The position numbers were made by a program, and so were the translations under genes. From the NCBI GenBank assembly GCA_963829525.1, contig CAWHIJ010000003.1:1568001-1632000 (forward strand): a stretch of 64,000 nt of DNA, read 5' to 3'. The notes beneath the pieces are model-generated. The model saw only the letters and a list, made by a program, of their open reading frames with translations, had not been told where the DNA came from and searched no databases. Below are positions 18,876 through 30,371 of this stretch, piece by piece. Within the stretch, counting starts at the first letter, position 1, and each line of letters opens with the position of its first letter. Origin of the DNA: an uncultured Actinomycetota bacterium. GTDB lineage: Bacteria; Actinomycetota; Actinomycetes; JAHEKZ01.

Positions 18876-20257
18876 TTCCGACGAGCCTCATCGATATTGC
18901 AGAGGCCGTCGGTGGACAGCTGGTGAGCGTCGCTGACCCCACAGCTGTGGTCGTGCACGTGTGTTCAGACACCCGCGACGTCATTCCCGGCAGCCTCTTT
19001 GTGGCGCTTGAGGGGACGCGCGTTGATGGCCACGACTTCGCCGAAGCCGCGGTGGCCTCTGGTGCGGTAGCGGTCCTTGGCTCCCGACCATCCGGATCAC
19101 CCATGATCGTGGTCCCCGACGTGCTTGTCGCACTTGGCCAGCTGGCAAGATTTCACATCGACCGACTCACCGACACGACGGTGATCGGGGTCACCGGGTC
19201 GGTAGGCAAGACCACGGCGAAGGATCTGATCGCGTCGGTGTTGGAGACCGATGGGCCCACGATCTCACCGCCTGGATCGTTCAACAACGAGCTTGGGCTG
19301 CCACTGACCGTGCTGTCGGCCGATCAAGACACGCGGTACCTCGTGTTGGAGATGGGTGCTCGGGGGCTGGGCCACATCGAGTACCTCTGTTCGATCGCGC
19401 CACCCGACGTGGGGGTTGAGCTCGTGGTGGGCACCGCCCACCTCAGCGAGTTCGGCAGCCGGGCGGCCATCGCCAACGCGAAGGCCGAGCTCGTCCGGGC
19501 ACTGCCTCCTGGCGGAACGGCGGTGCTGAATGCCGATGACGCCCTGGTTCAGAAGATGGCCGGTGAAACGGCGGCTGCTGTGACGTGGTTCGGCCAGCGC
19601 CATGGCGCGCAGGTCAGCGCCGAGGGCCTCTCCTTCGACACGTTGGACCGGGCCAGGTTCACCTTGCGCACACCGGTCGGTTCGGCGCTGGTCGAAATGC
19701 AGTTCGTGGGTGGTCACGCCCTACCGAACGCGCTTGCCGCGGCCGCCGTCGGCTGGTCGTTGGGTATGGACACCGACGCGATCGCCAGGGCACTCTCTTC
19801 GGCCACACCTCGTAGCAAGTGGCGCATGGAGGTAACCGAGCGTTCCGATGGGCTGATCGTCATCAACGATGCGTACAACGCCAGTCCTGAGGCGGTGCGG
19901 GCAGCACTCAAGTCGCTCAAGCAGATTGCTGGCAATCGACGCAGCTGGGCGGTTCTCGGCGAGATGCTCGAGCTCGGTGACCAATCTGGAGCCGAACACG
20001 ATGCCATCGGACGCCTCGTCGTGCGCTTGGATGTGCAACGGTTAGTCGTCGTCGGAGAAGGCGCCAAGCCTATGCACCTGGCTGCTGGGCTCGAAGGGTC
20101 GTGGGGACGGGAGTCCATGTTCGTTCCAGATGTCGCGGGCGCGATGGCGATCTTGCACGAAGAGGTGCGTCCGGACGACGTGGTCCTCGTGAAGGCGTCC
20201 AGGGCTGCGGGCCTCGAGGTTGTCGCTGCTGAGCTCTTGGGCGGAGACGTCGAATGA
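18872..20257 (+). CDS. murF: UDP-MurNAc-tripeptide D-Ala-D-Ala ligase
   Basis: GSVGKTT, NNELGLP, NDAYNASP, KASR; GTGA overlap. Confidence 0.96.
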   Translation: MIPTSLIDIAEAVGGQLVSVADPTAVVVHVCSDTRDVIPGSLFVALEGTRVDGHDFAEAAVASGAVAVLGSRPSGSPMIVVPDVLVALGQLARFHIDRLTDTTVIGVTGSVGKTTAKDLIASVLETDGPTISPPGSFNNELGLPLTVLSADQDTRYLVLEMGARGLGHIEYLCSIAPPDVGVELVVGTAHLSEFGSRAAIANAKAELVRALPPGGTAVLNADDALVQKMAGETAAAVTWFGQRHGAQVSAEGLSFDTLDRARFTLRTPVGSALVEMQFVGGHALPNALAAAAVGWSLGMDTDAIARALSSATPRSKWRMEVTERSDGLIVINDAYNASPEAVRAALKSLKQIAGNRRSWAVLGEMLELGDQSGAEHDAIGRLVVRLDVQRLVVVGEGAKPMHLAAGLEGSWGRESMFVPDVAGAMAILHEEVRPDDVVLVKASRAAGLEVVAAELLGGDVE

Positions 20258-21339
20258 GGCTAGTGCTGGTCGCGGTCATCGTCAGCCTCGTCATCGGGTT
20301 CGTGGTGACCCCCTTGTGGGCCAAGTGGCTGAGCACCCGGGGCTACGCCCAATCCATCCGCGACGCCGAGGAGCTGGGCTACGCCGTCCCCGACCACGCA
20401 GGCAAACGGGGCACACCGTCCATGGGTGGCGTTGTCATCGTCGCCGGAACAGTCGTGAGCTACGCGGCCGCTCACCTCATCGCCGGTAGTGGTCCGAGCG
20501 CGGCGGCGATGCTCGTGTTGTTCCTCATGGTGGGTCTGGCATCCGTCGGATTCGCCGACGACTACATCAAGATTTTTCGGAGACGGTCGACCGGACTGCG
20601 GGTCAAGACCAAGCTCATCGGACAGGCCGCCGTAGCGATTGTCTTTGCGCTTCTCGCCCTGCAATTCCCCAGTGTTGAAGGGCTGACACCTGCTACGCAG
20701 TACATCTCGTTTGTTCGTGACACTGCCGTCTTCTTGCCGATTGGCATCTATGTCCTGTGGGTCTGGTTCATGGTGGCGGCCACTTCCAACGCGGTTAACC
20801 TCTCCGACGGGCTCGACGGGCTCGCCACCGGAGCGGCTTCGATGGTGTTCGGCGCGTACGTGACTGTGGGCCTGTGGCAGTACAACCAGAGATGCGCTGA
20901 TAGTCGTGCTTCCGAACTGCTACGAGGTGCGGAATCCCCTCGATCTGGCTGTCGTCGCAGCTGGAGTCATGGGTTCGTGCTTCGGGTTCCTCTGGTGGAA
21001 CACGTCACCAGCTCGCATCTTCATGGGGGACACGGGATCACTTGGCTCTCGGCGGCGCCATGGCCGGCATCGCGATCTGCACCCAGACCGAGCTGCTGCT
21101 TCCGGTGATGGCTGGCCTGTTCGTGGCCATCACTGCGTCGGTCATCATCCAGATCGCCTCGTTCAAGACGACGGGGAAGACGAGTCTTCCTGATGTCCCC
21201 GATCCAGCACCACTTCGAGATCAAGGGCTGGCCCGAGGTCCAGATCGTCACCAGATTCTGGATCATCTCCGGTCTCTTCACCGGAGCCGGTTTCATGCTC
21301 TTCTACACCGAGTGGCTCGGTGGGGGCGGCATCGGGTGA
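20254..21339 (+). CDS. mraY: Phospho-MurNAc-pentapeptide transferase (frameshifts)
   Basis: [36 protein letters not shown] across frames. Confidence 0.93.
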
Positions 21340-22793
21340 CCGCCTCGTCTGCTGTCTCCGAGTGGCTACGGGCGGCCGACCGAGCAGCCGACTGGTCAGG
21401 CGTCCGCGCGTGTGTCGTTGGCCTCGGAAAGAGCGGGTTCGCAGCAGCTGACGCCTTGCTGCGAGTGGGCGCGCGAGTCGAGGTCGTCGAGGCCGGTGAG
21501 GCGTCGAGATCAGGCTCACTGACAGGAGCGGGCCCAGATCCTCCAGACTCTGGGAGCAGCAGGTCCGGCTGGGTGTCCGCGGCGACGCCGGGATCGAGTG
21601 CGACCTCCTGGTCCCCTCTCCGGGCATCCCCCCGCACCATCGTTGGATCACAGGTGCCAGGGCCGGGACCATCTGGAGCGGCGAGCAGCTTGCCTGGAAC
21701 CTGCGCGTCTCCACCGTTCCGTGGCTCACCCTCACCGGAACCAACGGCAAGACGACCACGACCCAGCTGCTTGATGCAATGCTCAGAACAGCAGGTCTGC
21801 GGAGCCTTGCCGCCGGCAACATCGGGGTGCCCCTCGTAGAAGCTGTCTTCGCCGAGCCGCAGCCGGAGGTGCTGGTCGTCGAGCTGTCCAGCTTCCAGCT
21901 GCACTTCACCGAGACGGTCTCAGCGCACTCGTCGGCACTGCTCAACATTGCCGAGGACCACCTTGACTGGCATGGCTCATTCGACGCCTACATCGCCGAC
22001 AAGTCCAAGATCTTCACCAGGGTCGAGCACACCGTCGTCTACAACCATGACGATTCGCGCACAGAGGCGCTGGCCGAGGCTGCCGACGTGATGGAGGGCT
22101 GCCGTGCGGTCGGTTTCACCCTCGGTGTTCCTGGACGGGCGATGTTGGGTGTTGTCGACGGAGTCCTGGTCGACCGCGCCTATGGCGCCAACCGCGCCAC
22201 GCATGCTGAGCCGATCGTCGATGTTGACGCGCTTGCGATGGCCGGAGCGCATAACGTCCGCAACGTGTTGGCAGCAGCGGCACTGGCGCGATCGTTTGGA
22301 GTAGCTATCGCTGACGTACGTTCTGGGGCGCATTGGATTTGAGGTCGACGCTCATCGGGGCGAGCTTGTGGGGACCTTCGGCGATGTGCGATTCGTAGAT
22401 GACTCAAAGGCGACCAACGTGCTGGCCGCAGACGTGGCTCTTGCCGCGGCCAGCGGGCAGGTGGTGTGGATCGCGGGGGGACTGGCCAAAGGGGGCTCCT
22501 TCGATGCCCTTGTGCAGCGGCACCGGTCCAAGCTTCGCGCCGTGGTGCTCTTAGGCACTGACCGCTCGCTGATCGCCCAGGCACTCGCGCGACACGCGCC
22601 CGAGGTCCCGGTGATCGAGGTGCCGGACGGGGAGACTGAGCCTATGACTGACGCTGTTCGGATTTCGGCCTCGGTGGCCCAGCCGCACGACACCGTGCTG
22701 CTCGCTCCGGCGTGCGCGTCCATGGACCAGTTCTCCGACTACCAGGCCAGGGGTCAAGCTTTCAGTTCAGCCGCGGCCCGGCTCCGCCGCTGA
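21336..22793 (+). CDS. murD: UDP-MurNAc-L-Ala D-Glu ligase (frameshifts)
   Basis: [39 protein letters not shown]. Confidence 0.93.
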
Positions 22794-22803
22794 CGGATTA
22801 GGC

Positions 22804-24044
22804 ATGACCGTCACTTCCCCTCCCGCTTCCTCGACCCACCGGTCGGGGTTTGGTGCGTCACGTCCGCTCCGCGATCGGCAAGCCGTTGGCGCCGTATTAC
22901 CTGATTCTCGGCAGCACGGTGATGCTCACCGCACTTGGTTTGGTCATGGTGCTGTCCGCTTCCAGCGTCGAGTCGTACGCGGCCAGCGGGAACTCGTGGG
23001 CGATTGCTCAGCGCCAGGCGATGTGGGTGGTCATCGGGGTCCCCGCACTCGTTCGTGGCCAGCAGGCTCCCCACGTCGTGGTTCCGGCGGCTGGCGTTGC
23101 CCATCTTGGTTCTGTCGATCGTGCTGCTGGTCCTGGTTCTCGTCCCAGGCATCGGTGTCAGCGTAAACGGGAACCAGAACTGGATCGAGATCGGCGGCTC
23201 CTTCCGCATTCAGCCAGCGGAGGCGGCGAAGTTCGCACTGGTGCTGTGGGCTGCCGATCTGCTCACCCGAAAGCGCAAGCTGCTGCATCAGAACAAGCAT
23301 CTGCTGATTCCACTCATGCCGGTGGCCGCTGTCATCATCGGCTTGGTGTTGCTCGGGGGAGACCTTGGCACGTCGCTGATCCTCATGGCCATCGTCGCCG
23401 GAATGCTCTTCATCGCTGGTGCGCCTCTTCGGGTCTTCCTGGGGCTCGGTGCCCCAGCACTCGCCCTGATCTTGTTCATGACGTTTCAACGCAGCGCCCG
23501 ACTGTCTCGACTGCAGTCGTTCCTCGACCCGATGGCCGACTACCAGGGGACCGGTTGGCAGGCCGCTCACAGCATGTTCGCCCTCGCCTCCGGCGGTTGG
23601 TGGGGCGTGGGACTTGGTGCCAGCCGCGAGAAGTGGGGAAGCCTTCCTGAGGCCCATACCGACTTCATCTTCGCGATCATCGGCGAAGAGCTCGGCCTCG
23701 TCGGAACTCTGACCGTCCTCCTGCTCTTCGGAGCCATGATCCTCGGGGCACTGCGCATCGCCCTTGCCACAGACGACCTTTTCGTACGCTTTGCTGCGGG
23801 GGGAATCGTGGTCTGGATCGGGGTACAGATGGTGATCAACATCGGCGGTGTGCTGAGCGTGCTGCCGATCACCGGGGTGCCGCTGCCCTTGGTCTCCTAC
23901 GGTGGGTCGGCCCTGCTGGCCACCATGTTCGCGCTCGGGATGTTGCTTGCATTCGCCCGGAACCTGCCAGGTGCCCGAGAGGCGTTGAGCGAGCGTCGTG
24001 CAGCCAGGTGGCGTCCGCGGCTTCCTGGGGCGCGGACTCGGTGA
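22804..24044 (+). CDS. ftsW: SEDS peptidoglycan glycosyltransferase FtsW (5' frameshifts)
   Basis: LSASS, IQPAE, LPEAHTDFIFAIIGEELG, SYGGS. Confidence 0.94.
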
Positions 24045-25162
24045 GCACGCCAGACGGCGCCCCGTCGGGACCGCTGCGGGTCCTTCTCGCAGGGGGCGGC
24101 ACGGCGGGACACGTCGAACCATCGTTAGCGCTGGCCGACGCCTTGCTTCGCCGCCATCCGGACGCCGTCGTGACGGCACTGGGAACTGATTCTGGGTTGG
24201 AGACGACCCTCGTTCCTGCTCGCGGGATCGAGGTGCGTCTGATTCCGAAGGTCACGATGCCCCGCGCGGACCTGCGACGCTGGTTCGCAGTTCCGACTGG
24301 AGTCTGGTCGGCTGTGCGGGCCACCACGTCGGTTATCGCCGAGGTCAGCCCCGATGTCGTTGTCGGCTTCGGTGGCTACGTGGCCCTCCCTGCCTACCTC
24401 GCGTCGCGTCGTGCTGGGATCCCGTACGTCGTGCACGAGGCCAATGCGCGCCCAGGGGTCGCCAATCGGATCGGGGCGCGCTTCACGCCGCATGTGGCGG
24501 TGAGCGCGCCATCTACCGTCGCATCCTTGCCCCATGCGGTTCTCGTCGGAATTCCGTTGCGGCGCAGTATCGCCGCACTCGACCGGGTCGCGCTTCGCCC
24601 TAAGGCCAGACTCACGTTCGGGCTCGACGCCGACCGGCCGACCGTCCTTGTCTTCGGCGGTTCGCAGGGTGCCAGGACCATCAACGCTGCCATGCAGGGT
24701 GCGGCCCGCTACCTGTTGAACGCCGGTATCCAGGTCCTGCACGCGGCGGGTCCGTCCAACACAGTGGAGGTGGACCGCCACGAAGGTGACCCCCCGTACG
24801 TTGTCGTCCCATATCTCGACCGGATGGACTTGGCCTACGCGGCTGCCGACCTGGTACTGGGACGGTCTGGTGCGATGACGTGCGCCGAGCTGGCTGCTGT
24901 CGGCCTCCCAGCCGTCTTCGTGCCCTACCCACACAGCAACGGTGAGCAGGCAGTAAACGCCCAGCCGCTGGTGGATGTCGGCGCGGGACTCTTGATCCGG
25001 GACGAAGACCTCTCTGCGACGGTCGTTGAGCACGTCGTCGGCGAGCTCGTCCTTGACCACGATCGCCTGGAACAGATGGGCAAGGCGGCCGAGTCCTTGG
25101 GCGCTCGTGACGCCGATGAACGACTGACCGACATGGTTCTGCAGGCGGCAGGTCGATCATGA
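24041..25162 (+). CDS. murG: MurG glycosyltransferase
   Basis: GGGTAGH, GFGGY, HEAN, GGSQGA. Confidence 0.97.
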   Translation: MSTPDGAPSGPLRVLLAGGGTAGHVEPSLALADALLRRHPDAVVTALGTDSGLETTLVPARGIEVRLIPKVTMPRADLRRWFAVPTGVWSAVRATTSVIAEVSPDVVVGFGGYVALPAYLASRRAGIPYVVHEANARPGVANRIGARFTPHVAVSAPSTVASLPHAVLVGIPLRRSIAALDRVALRPKARLTFGLDADRPTVLVFGGSQGARTINAAMQGAARYLLNAGIQVLHAAGPSNTVEVDRHEGDPPYVVVPYLDRMDLAYAAADLVLGRSGAMTCAELAAVGLPAVFVPYPHSNGEQAVNAQPLVDVGAGLLIRDEDLSATVVEHVVGELVLDHDRLEQMGKAAESLGARDADERLTDMVLQAAGRS

Positions 25163-26601
25163 TCGACTATCCACCTGCCACCGCTGGACCACAGCTGGCC
25201 GAGCTGGGGCGAGTGCATCTGATCGGGGTGGCCGGTGCCGGGATGTCAGCACTCACACGGATGCTGTGCTCACGTGGCGTCCCGGTCACCGGGAGCGAAC
25301 TACGCGACTCGCGCATCGTTGCCTCACTTCGAGCAGTGGGGGCTGTCGTCCACTTCGGCCAGACGCCCGACTCGCTTCCACAGACAGACACGGTCATCGT
25401 GTCGACGGCGATCAGAGACTCCAACCCCGAACTCGTGGCAGCGCGGGAACGTGGCATCCGGGTTCTGCACAGAGCCGAAGCCCTTGCTTATTGCATGCGG
25501 GGGTACCAGTCGGTCGTCGTGTCCGGCACCCACGGAAAGACGACGACCACGTCGATGGCAGCCGTTGCCCTTCAGCATTGCGGAGCCGACCCCTCGTACT
25601 ACATCGGTGCCCAGCTCAACGAAACCGGCACGAACGCCCACGCGGGAACTGGATCGGTATTCGTCGCTGAGTCTGATGAGAGCGATGGGTCCTTCCTCGT
25701 CCTTGAGCCGCTCGTCGCTGTTGTCACCAACGTCGAGGCCGATCACCTCGACTACTGGGGTGACGCGCCGGCGGTGGAGGCCGGGTTCTGTCAGTTCGTC
25801 TCCAGGGTTCCGCAGCAGGGCGCGGTGATCGCCTGCGCCGATGACCCCGGCGCGGCGCGGGTGGCGGACTTCGCTCGCAAGAGTGGCCGACGCGTTGTCA
25901 CCTATGGCACCAGTGCTGGAGCAGATATCCGCATCACCGACGTCGAGCTCGACGCCACCGGGTCATGGTTTCGACCGGTGGTCAAGGGCCGACGTCTCCC
26001 CGATGTCTCATTGAAGATCGTCGGGATGCACAACGTGCTGAATGCGACCGCGGCTCTGGCCGTGACCCTAGAAGTTGGAGTCGGCGTTCCGGACGCCGTC
26101 GAGGGTTTGGCGCAGTACAGCGGTGCCCGTCGCCGGTTCGAGTTCAAGGGCGAGGCGAACGGGGTCAGGGTGTACGACGACTACGCCCACCACCACACCG
26201 AGCTTCGAGCTACTCTCACCGCGGCCCGGCAGATCGCCGATGGTGGCCGGATCATCGTCGCATTCCAACCGCTGCGGTTTACCCGCACCGCGGAGTTTCA
26301 CCGCGAGCTCGGAGACGCGCTAGGGCTCGCTGACGACGTTCTGGTGATGGAGGTCTACGGCTCCAACGAAGAGCCCATCCCCGGTGCCACAGGAGCGCTG
26401 GTGGCCGCTGGCGTCCCCTTGCCCGCAGACCATGTGTGCTTCGAGCCGTCCTTCTCGGCCGTTCCGGATTGGCTGGTATCCCGGGCCGAGCCGGGAGATC
26501 TCGTCCTGACACTCGGCGACGGAATCGTCACCACGCTCGGCCCGGAAATTGTCGAGTTGCTTCGACACCGCGCGGAACAGCGATCGGCTCCAATGCCATG
26601 A
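25159..26601 (+). CDS. murC: UDP-MurNAc L-Ala ligase
   Basis: GAGMS, GTHGKTTT, ESDESD, DDYAHH. Confidence 0.96.
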   Translation: MIDYPPATAGPQLAELGRVHLIGVAGAGMSALTRMLCSRGVPVTGSELRDSRIVASLRAVGAVVHFGQTPDSLPQTDTVIVSTAIRDSNPELVAARERGIRVLHRAEALAYCMRGYQSVVVSGTHGKTTTTSMAAVALQHCGADPSYYIGAQLNETGTNAHAGTGSVFVAESDESDGSFLVLEPLVAVVTNVEADHLDYWGDAPAVEAGFCQFVSRVPQQGAVIACADDPGAARVADFARKSGRRVVTYGTSAGADIRITDVELDATGSWFRPVVKGRRLPDVSLKIVGMHNVLNATAALAVTLEVGVGVPDAVEGLAQYSGARRRFEFKGEANGVRVYDDYAHHHTELRATLTAARQIADGGRIIVAFQPLRFTRTAEFHRELGDALGLADDVLVMEVYGSNEEPIPGATGALVAAGVPLPADHVCFEPSFSAVPDWLVSRAEPGDLVLTLGDGIVTTLGPEIVELLRHRAEQRSAPMP

Positions 26602-27326
26602 GTCCAGCAGCGATGAGATGGGTCAGAAGACCGTGGGTCTGGTTGGCCGTTGCACTTTGCATTGCTCTCAGTTCAGCCGCGACCCTGCGGTTCGCTCCCG
26701 CTTTCCAGGTCGACCAGGTCGAGGTGCTGGGCAATGGCCAGGTGTCAGCGGACGACGTGATTGCAGCGGCGAACGTGTCAGACAGCACCCCGATGGTGGC
26801 CCTTCCTATCGATGAGATCGAGTCGCGGGTTGAGTCACTTGACGCCGTGGCCGCTGCGCGCGTGGTGCGCGACTGGCCGGACCGCGTCGAGATCGTCATT
26901 CGTGAGAGGCGGGCCGTCGGCTATGTCGAGAGCGCCAACGGCTTCGGGCTCGTCGGCTCAGACGGCTCGATCTACCGTGAGCAGGACGAGGCACCCAAAG
27001 GCCTCCCTCAGTTGCCCGCGATTACCGAGCGATCCGCGCAAGTTGGTGACTCCTACTCCGACGCTGCCGGCGAAGCAGAGAACGCAGCGTTCGCTGTCGC
27101 AGCTGGCATCCCGAACTCGTTGCGGCGTGCTCTTGTCACCATCAGCGCCACTGGTACCAGGACCGTTCAGCTGACCTTCGCCGACGGAGTTGTCGTGAAG
27201 TGGGGGTCCTCGGGGTCACCGGAGGAGAAGGCAACCGTCGTCAATGCCCTTCGCGAACGGCAAGGGTGGGGGAGCACGTTCACCGTCGTGGACGTCACCG
27301 CACCTGAGGCTCCCGCGCTGAGCTGA
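26598..27326 (+). CDS. ftsQ: Cell division protein FtsQ
   Basis: TM plus POTRA domain (V.RDWPD), DVTAPEAP end; synteny. Confidence 0.9.
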   Translation: MSPAAMRWVRRPWVWLAVALCIALSSAATLRFAPAFQVDQVEVLGNGQVSADDVIAAANVSDSTPMVALPIDEIESRVESLDAVAAARVVRDWPDRVEIVIRERRAVGYVESANGFGLVGSDGSIYREQDEAPKGLPQLPAITERSAQVGDSYSDAAGEAENAAFAVAAGIPNSLRRALVTISATGTRTVQLTFADGVVVKWGSSGSPEEKATVVNALRERQGWGSTFTVVDVTAPEAPALS

Positions 27327-27393
27327 CCTGTGCTGAGCGTGACCTGTGCCGTGCCGAAAGCAGAGGCCAGCTGAAGCAGGTGATCGGCAGAGC

Positions 27394-27436
27394 GACACGC
27401 CGCGAGGTTGACGATCGCGAGCCCCTCCCGTACGTT
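27394..27436 (+). promoter_or_regulatory. ftsZ promoter with upstream GACAC (WhiA-type) site
   Basis: GACAC 27394-27398; TTGACG 27408-27413, 17 bp, TACGTT 27431-27436. Confidence 0.6.
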
Positions 27437-27538
27437 GCTCCGCGTCCCTGAAGTTGACATAACGTTATACGTCTACTAAAGGGTGAGAGTTGGAGTCGTC
27501 CGCCCCGCGGACGCGACGAGAGAGGCGTCACAAAGACC

Positions 27539-28711
27539 ATGGCTGCTCCGCAGAACTACCTGGCCGTCATCAAGGTGGTGGGCATCGGTGGTGGCGGTGT
27601 CAATGCCATCAACCGGATGATCGAGGTCGGCCTCAAAGGGGTCGAGTTCATCGCGATCAACACCGATGCCCAGGCACTCTTGATGAGTGATGCCGACGTC
27701 AAGCTCGACATCGGTCGTGAGCTCACCCGCGGTCTCGGTGCTGGCGCTGACCCAGAGGTCGGGCGCCGAGCTGCTGAAGATCACCGCACCGAGATTGAAG
27801 AGGTGCTCAAAGGTGCCGACATGGTCTTTGTCACCGCTGGCGAGGGCGGTGGAACCGGAACCGGTGGTGCACCGATCGTGGCGGAGGTCGCCCGTGCAAT
27901 CGGCGCGCTGACGATTGGCGTGGTCACCCGACCTTTCGGCTTCGAGGGGCGTCGTCGTGCGCAACAGGCCGATACCGGCATCGACGAACTGCGCGCCGAG
28001 GTCGACACGCTCATCGTGATTCCCAACGACCGGTTGCTGTCGATCAGCGATCGCGCCGTCAGCGTTCTGGATGCCTTCAAGTCAGCTGACCATGTGTTGA
28101 TGTCCGGAGTGCAAGGGATCACCGACCTCATCACCACCCCAGGGTTGATCAACCTCGACTTCGCTGACGTCAAGTCCGTGATGCAAGGCGCAGGAACCGC
28201 GTTGATGGGTATTGGTAACGCACGTGGTGACGACCGCGCCATCGCCGCAGCTGAGACCGCGATCTCCAGCCCATTGCTCGAGGCATCCATCGACGGAGCA
28301 CGAGGCGTCCTTCTTTCGGTCTCCGGTGGCTCCGATCTGGGGTTGTTCGAGATCAATGAGGCAGCTCGCATGGTGGCCGAGTCGGCCCACCCCGAGGCGA
28401 ACATCATCTTTGGTGCCGTCATCGACGACGCTCTCGGTGACGAGGTGCGAGTCACCGTCATTGCCGCCGGCTTCGACGGAGGTCAGCCCGGAAAGCCTAA
28501 AGTCACCGCCCGCAAGACCGACGATCTCGTCGCCCCCGAGCTGTCGGCGTCGGCCGGCGAGGTCAACGCCGAGGCGTCTGCCGCGCCAGATGAGCCGGCC
28601 GCAGCAACAGACGACCAGTACATCGAGCTGCCGGAGCGCAAAGCTCCACGAACCATCGTCTTTGATGACTCGTCAGCTGACGACCTGGACGTCCCAGACT
28701 TCTTGAAGTAG
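27539..28711 (+). CDS. ftsZ: Cell division protein FtsZ
   Basis: GGGTGTG tubulin signature, NLDFAD, C-terminal LDVPDFLK. Confidence 0.99.
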   Translation: MAAPQNYLAVIKVVGIGGGGVNAINRMIEVGLKGVEFIAINTDAQALLMSDADVKLDIGRELTRGLGAGADPEVGRRAAEDHRTEIEEVLKGADMVFVTAGEGGGTGTGGAPIVAEVARAIGALTIGVVTRPFGFEGRRRAQQADTGIDELRAEVDTLIVIPNDRLLSISDRAVSVLDAFKSADHVLMSGVQGITDLITTPGLINLDFADVKSVMQGAGTALMGIGNARGDDRAIAAAETAISSPLLEASIDGARGVLLSVSGGSDLGLFEINEAARMVAESAHPEANIIFGAVIDDALGDEVRVTVIAAGFDGGQPGKPKVTARKTDDLVAPELSASAGEVNAEASAAPDEPAAATDDQYIELPERKAPRTIVFDDSSADDLDVPDFLK

Positions 28712-28713
28712 CG

Positions 28714-29424
28714 ATGGTCACCGAGCACCGCCGGCAAGAGATTGCTGCCGGCCTCGCGGCGGCGCGCGAGCGCATTGCCGCTGCTGAGGTCGCGGCTGGC
28801 CGCGCTGCTGGATCGGTTTCGCTGGTAGTGGTCACCAAGACTTTCCCAGCCGACGACGTCGCTGTGCTCGCAGATCTTGGCATCCGGCACGTTGGCGAGA
28901 ACCGCGACCAGGAGGCCAAGCCGAAGGCCGAGGCGCTCCAGGGCTCCGGCTTGGTTTGGCACTTCATCGGCCAGCTGCAGACGAACAAGGCCCGCTCGGT
29001 AGCCGGGTATGCCGATGTCGTTGAGTCAGTGGACCGGGTCAAACTGGTCGGGGCGCTGAGCCGAGCGGCTTCCGAGCTCGGTAACCCAGACCGTCGGCTT
29101 CGTTGCCTGGTGCAGGTCTGTCTCGATGACCAACCCGGCCGTGGCGGCGCCCAGCCCGGGCAGGTGGCTGAGATCGCCGCCTTGATTGCCGGTTCGCCTG
29201 GGCTGACGTTGGGCGGAGTGATGGCCGTTGCGCCACTCGAGGCGGACCCCGATGTCGCGTTTGCCCGGCTTGCGGATGTGGCCGGCGAGGTGCGCTCGGA
29301 TCATCCACAGGCCGAAGTGGTCTCGGCCGGCATGAGCGGCGATCTCGAAGCGGCCGTCCGACACGGCGCGACACAAGTGCGGCTCGGGAGCGCGGTCCTC
29401 GGGCACCGCCCTCCTGTCCGGTAG
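28714..29424 (+). CDS. yggS: PLP homeostasis protein YggS
   Basis: [27 protein letters not shown]. Confidence 0.95.
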   Translation: MVTEHRRQEIAAGLAAARERIAAAEVAAGRAAGSVSLVVVTKTFPADDVAVLADLGIRHVGENRDQEAKPKAEALQGSGLVWHFIGQLQTNKARSVAGYADVVESVDRVKLVGALSRAASELGNPDRRLRCLVQVCLDDQPGRGGAQPGQVAEIAALIAGSPGLTLGGVMAVAPLEADPDVAFARLADVAGEVRSDHPQAEVVSAGMSGDLEAAVRHGATQVRLGSAVLGHRPPVR

Positions 29425-29488
29425 CGTGCACCTGACGGCTGATGGTCCCGGAGAGGACCGAGCCACTAGAGACGAAGGGGTCGGGCGT

Positions 29489-29983
29489 ATGGCCGGCGCA
29501 ATGCGCAAGATGGCTGTGTATCTCGGATTGGTCGAGAACGAGGACCAGTACGACGAGTACGACAGCTACGACCGCCAGCATGACCAGCGGGACTACGACG
29601 AGCGCACTCGCCAGCTCCATGCGGTCCGAGATGACGAACCGGCGTCGAGCCGGTCGGGCAACTCCGCGGGCGTGTCGCGCGCCCCTGTCCCTCCTGCGGC
29701 CTCTGCCTCACGAATCACCACCCTTCACCCGCGCACGTACAACGACGCAAGGGCGATCGGCGAGCAGTTCCGCGACGGCACACCGGTCATCATGAATCTC
29801 AGCGAGATGGACGATGGGGACGCCAAGCGGATCGTCGACTTTGCTGCGGGGCTCTCCTTTGGGCTGCACGGGACTCTTGAGCGCGTGACGCAGAAGGTCT
29901 TCCTGCTATCACCGGCCAACGTGGTGGTGACCGCCGAGGAGAAAGCGCAACTGGCACAAGGCGGTTTCTTCAACCAGAGCTGA
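29489..29983 (+). CDS. sepF: Cell division protein SepF
   Basis: [31 protein letters not shown]. Confidence 0.96.
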   Translation: MAGAMRKMAVYLGLVENEDQYDEYDSYDRQHDQRDYDERTRQLHAVRDDEPASSRSGNSAGVSRAPVPPAASASRITTLHPRTYNDARAIGEQFRDGTPVIMNLSEMDDGDAKRIVDFAAGLSFGLHGTLERVTQKVFLLSPANVVVTAEEKAQLAQGGFFNQS

Positions 29984-29994
29984 CTCGCTGCGTT

Positions 29995-30291
29995 ATGGCT
30001 ATCGTTTTTGAAGTCCTTCTGCTTGTGCTGTGGCTGTTCTTGCTGACCCTGATTGCCAGGGTGGTGATTGACCTGCTGCAGATCTTTGCCCGCGATTTCC
30101 GGCCCAGCGGTCTAGTTCTTGTTCTCTTCGAGGCAGTCTTCACCGTGACCGACCCGCCTTTGCGGGCGTTGCGCAGGTTCATCCCGCCGGTACGGCTCGG
30201 AGCAGTCTCCTTCGACTTGGCGATTCTCGTGCTCTTCATCGGCACGCAGGTGCTGATCATGGTGGTCGGCAAGGTTGCGGCTGGGGTGTGA
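29995..30291 (+). CDS. yggT: YggT family membrane protein
   Basis: TDPPLRALRRFIPPVRLG...DL; synteny. Confidence 0.92.
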   Translation: MAIVFEVLLLVLWLFLLTLIARVVIDLLQIFARDFRPSGLVLVLFEAVFTVTDPPLRALRRFIPPVRLGAVSFDLAILVLFIGTQVLIMVVGKVAAGV

Positions 30292-30371
30292 GGGCGTCTC
30301 GTGGTGCCAGTAGTGCCTGTGACGGATGTGACGCTAGTGTTCTGTGTGATCTGCAAGCCTGAGGAGAACTG

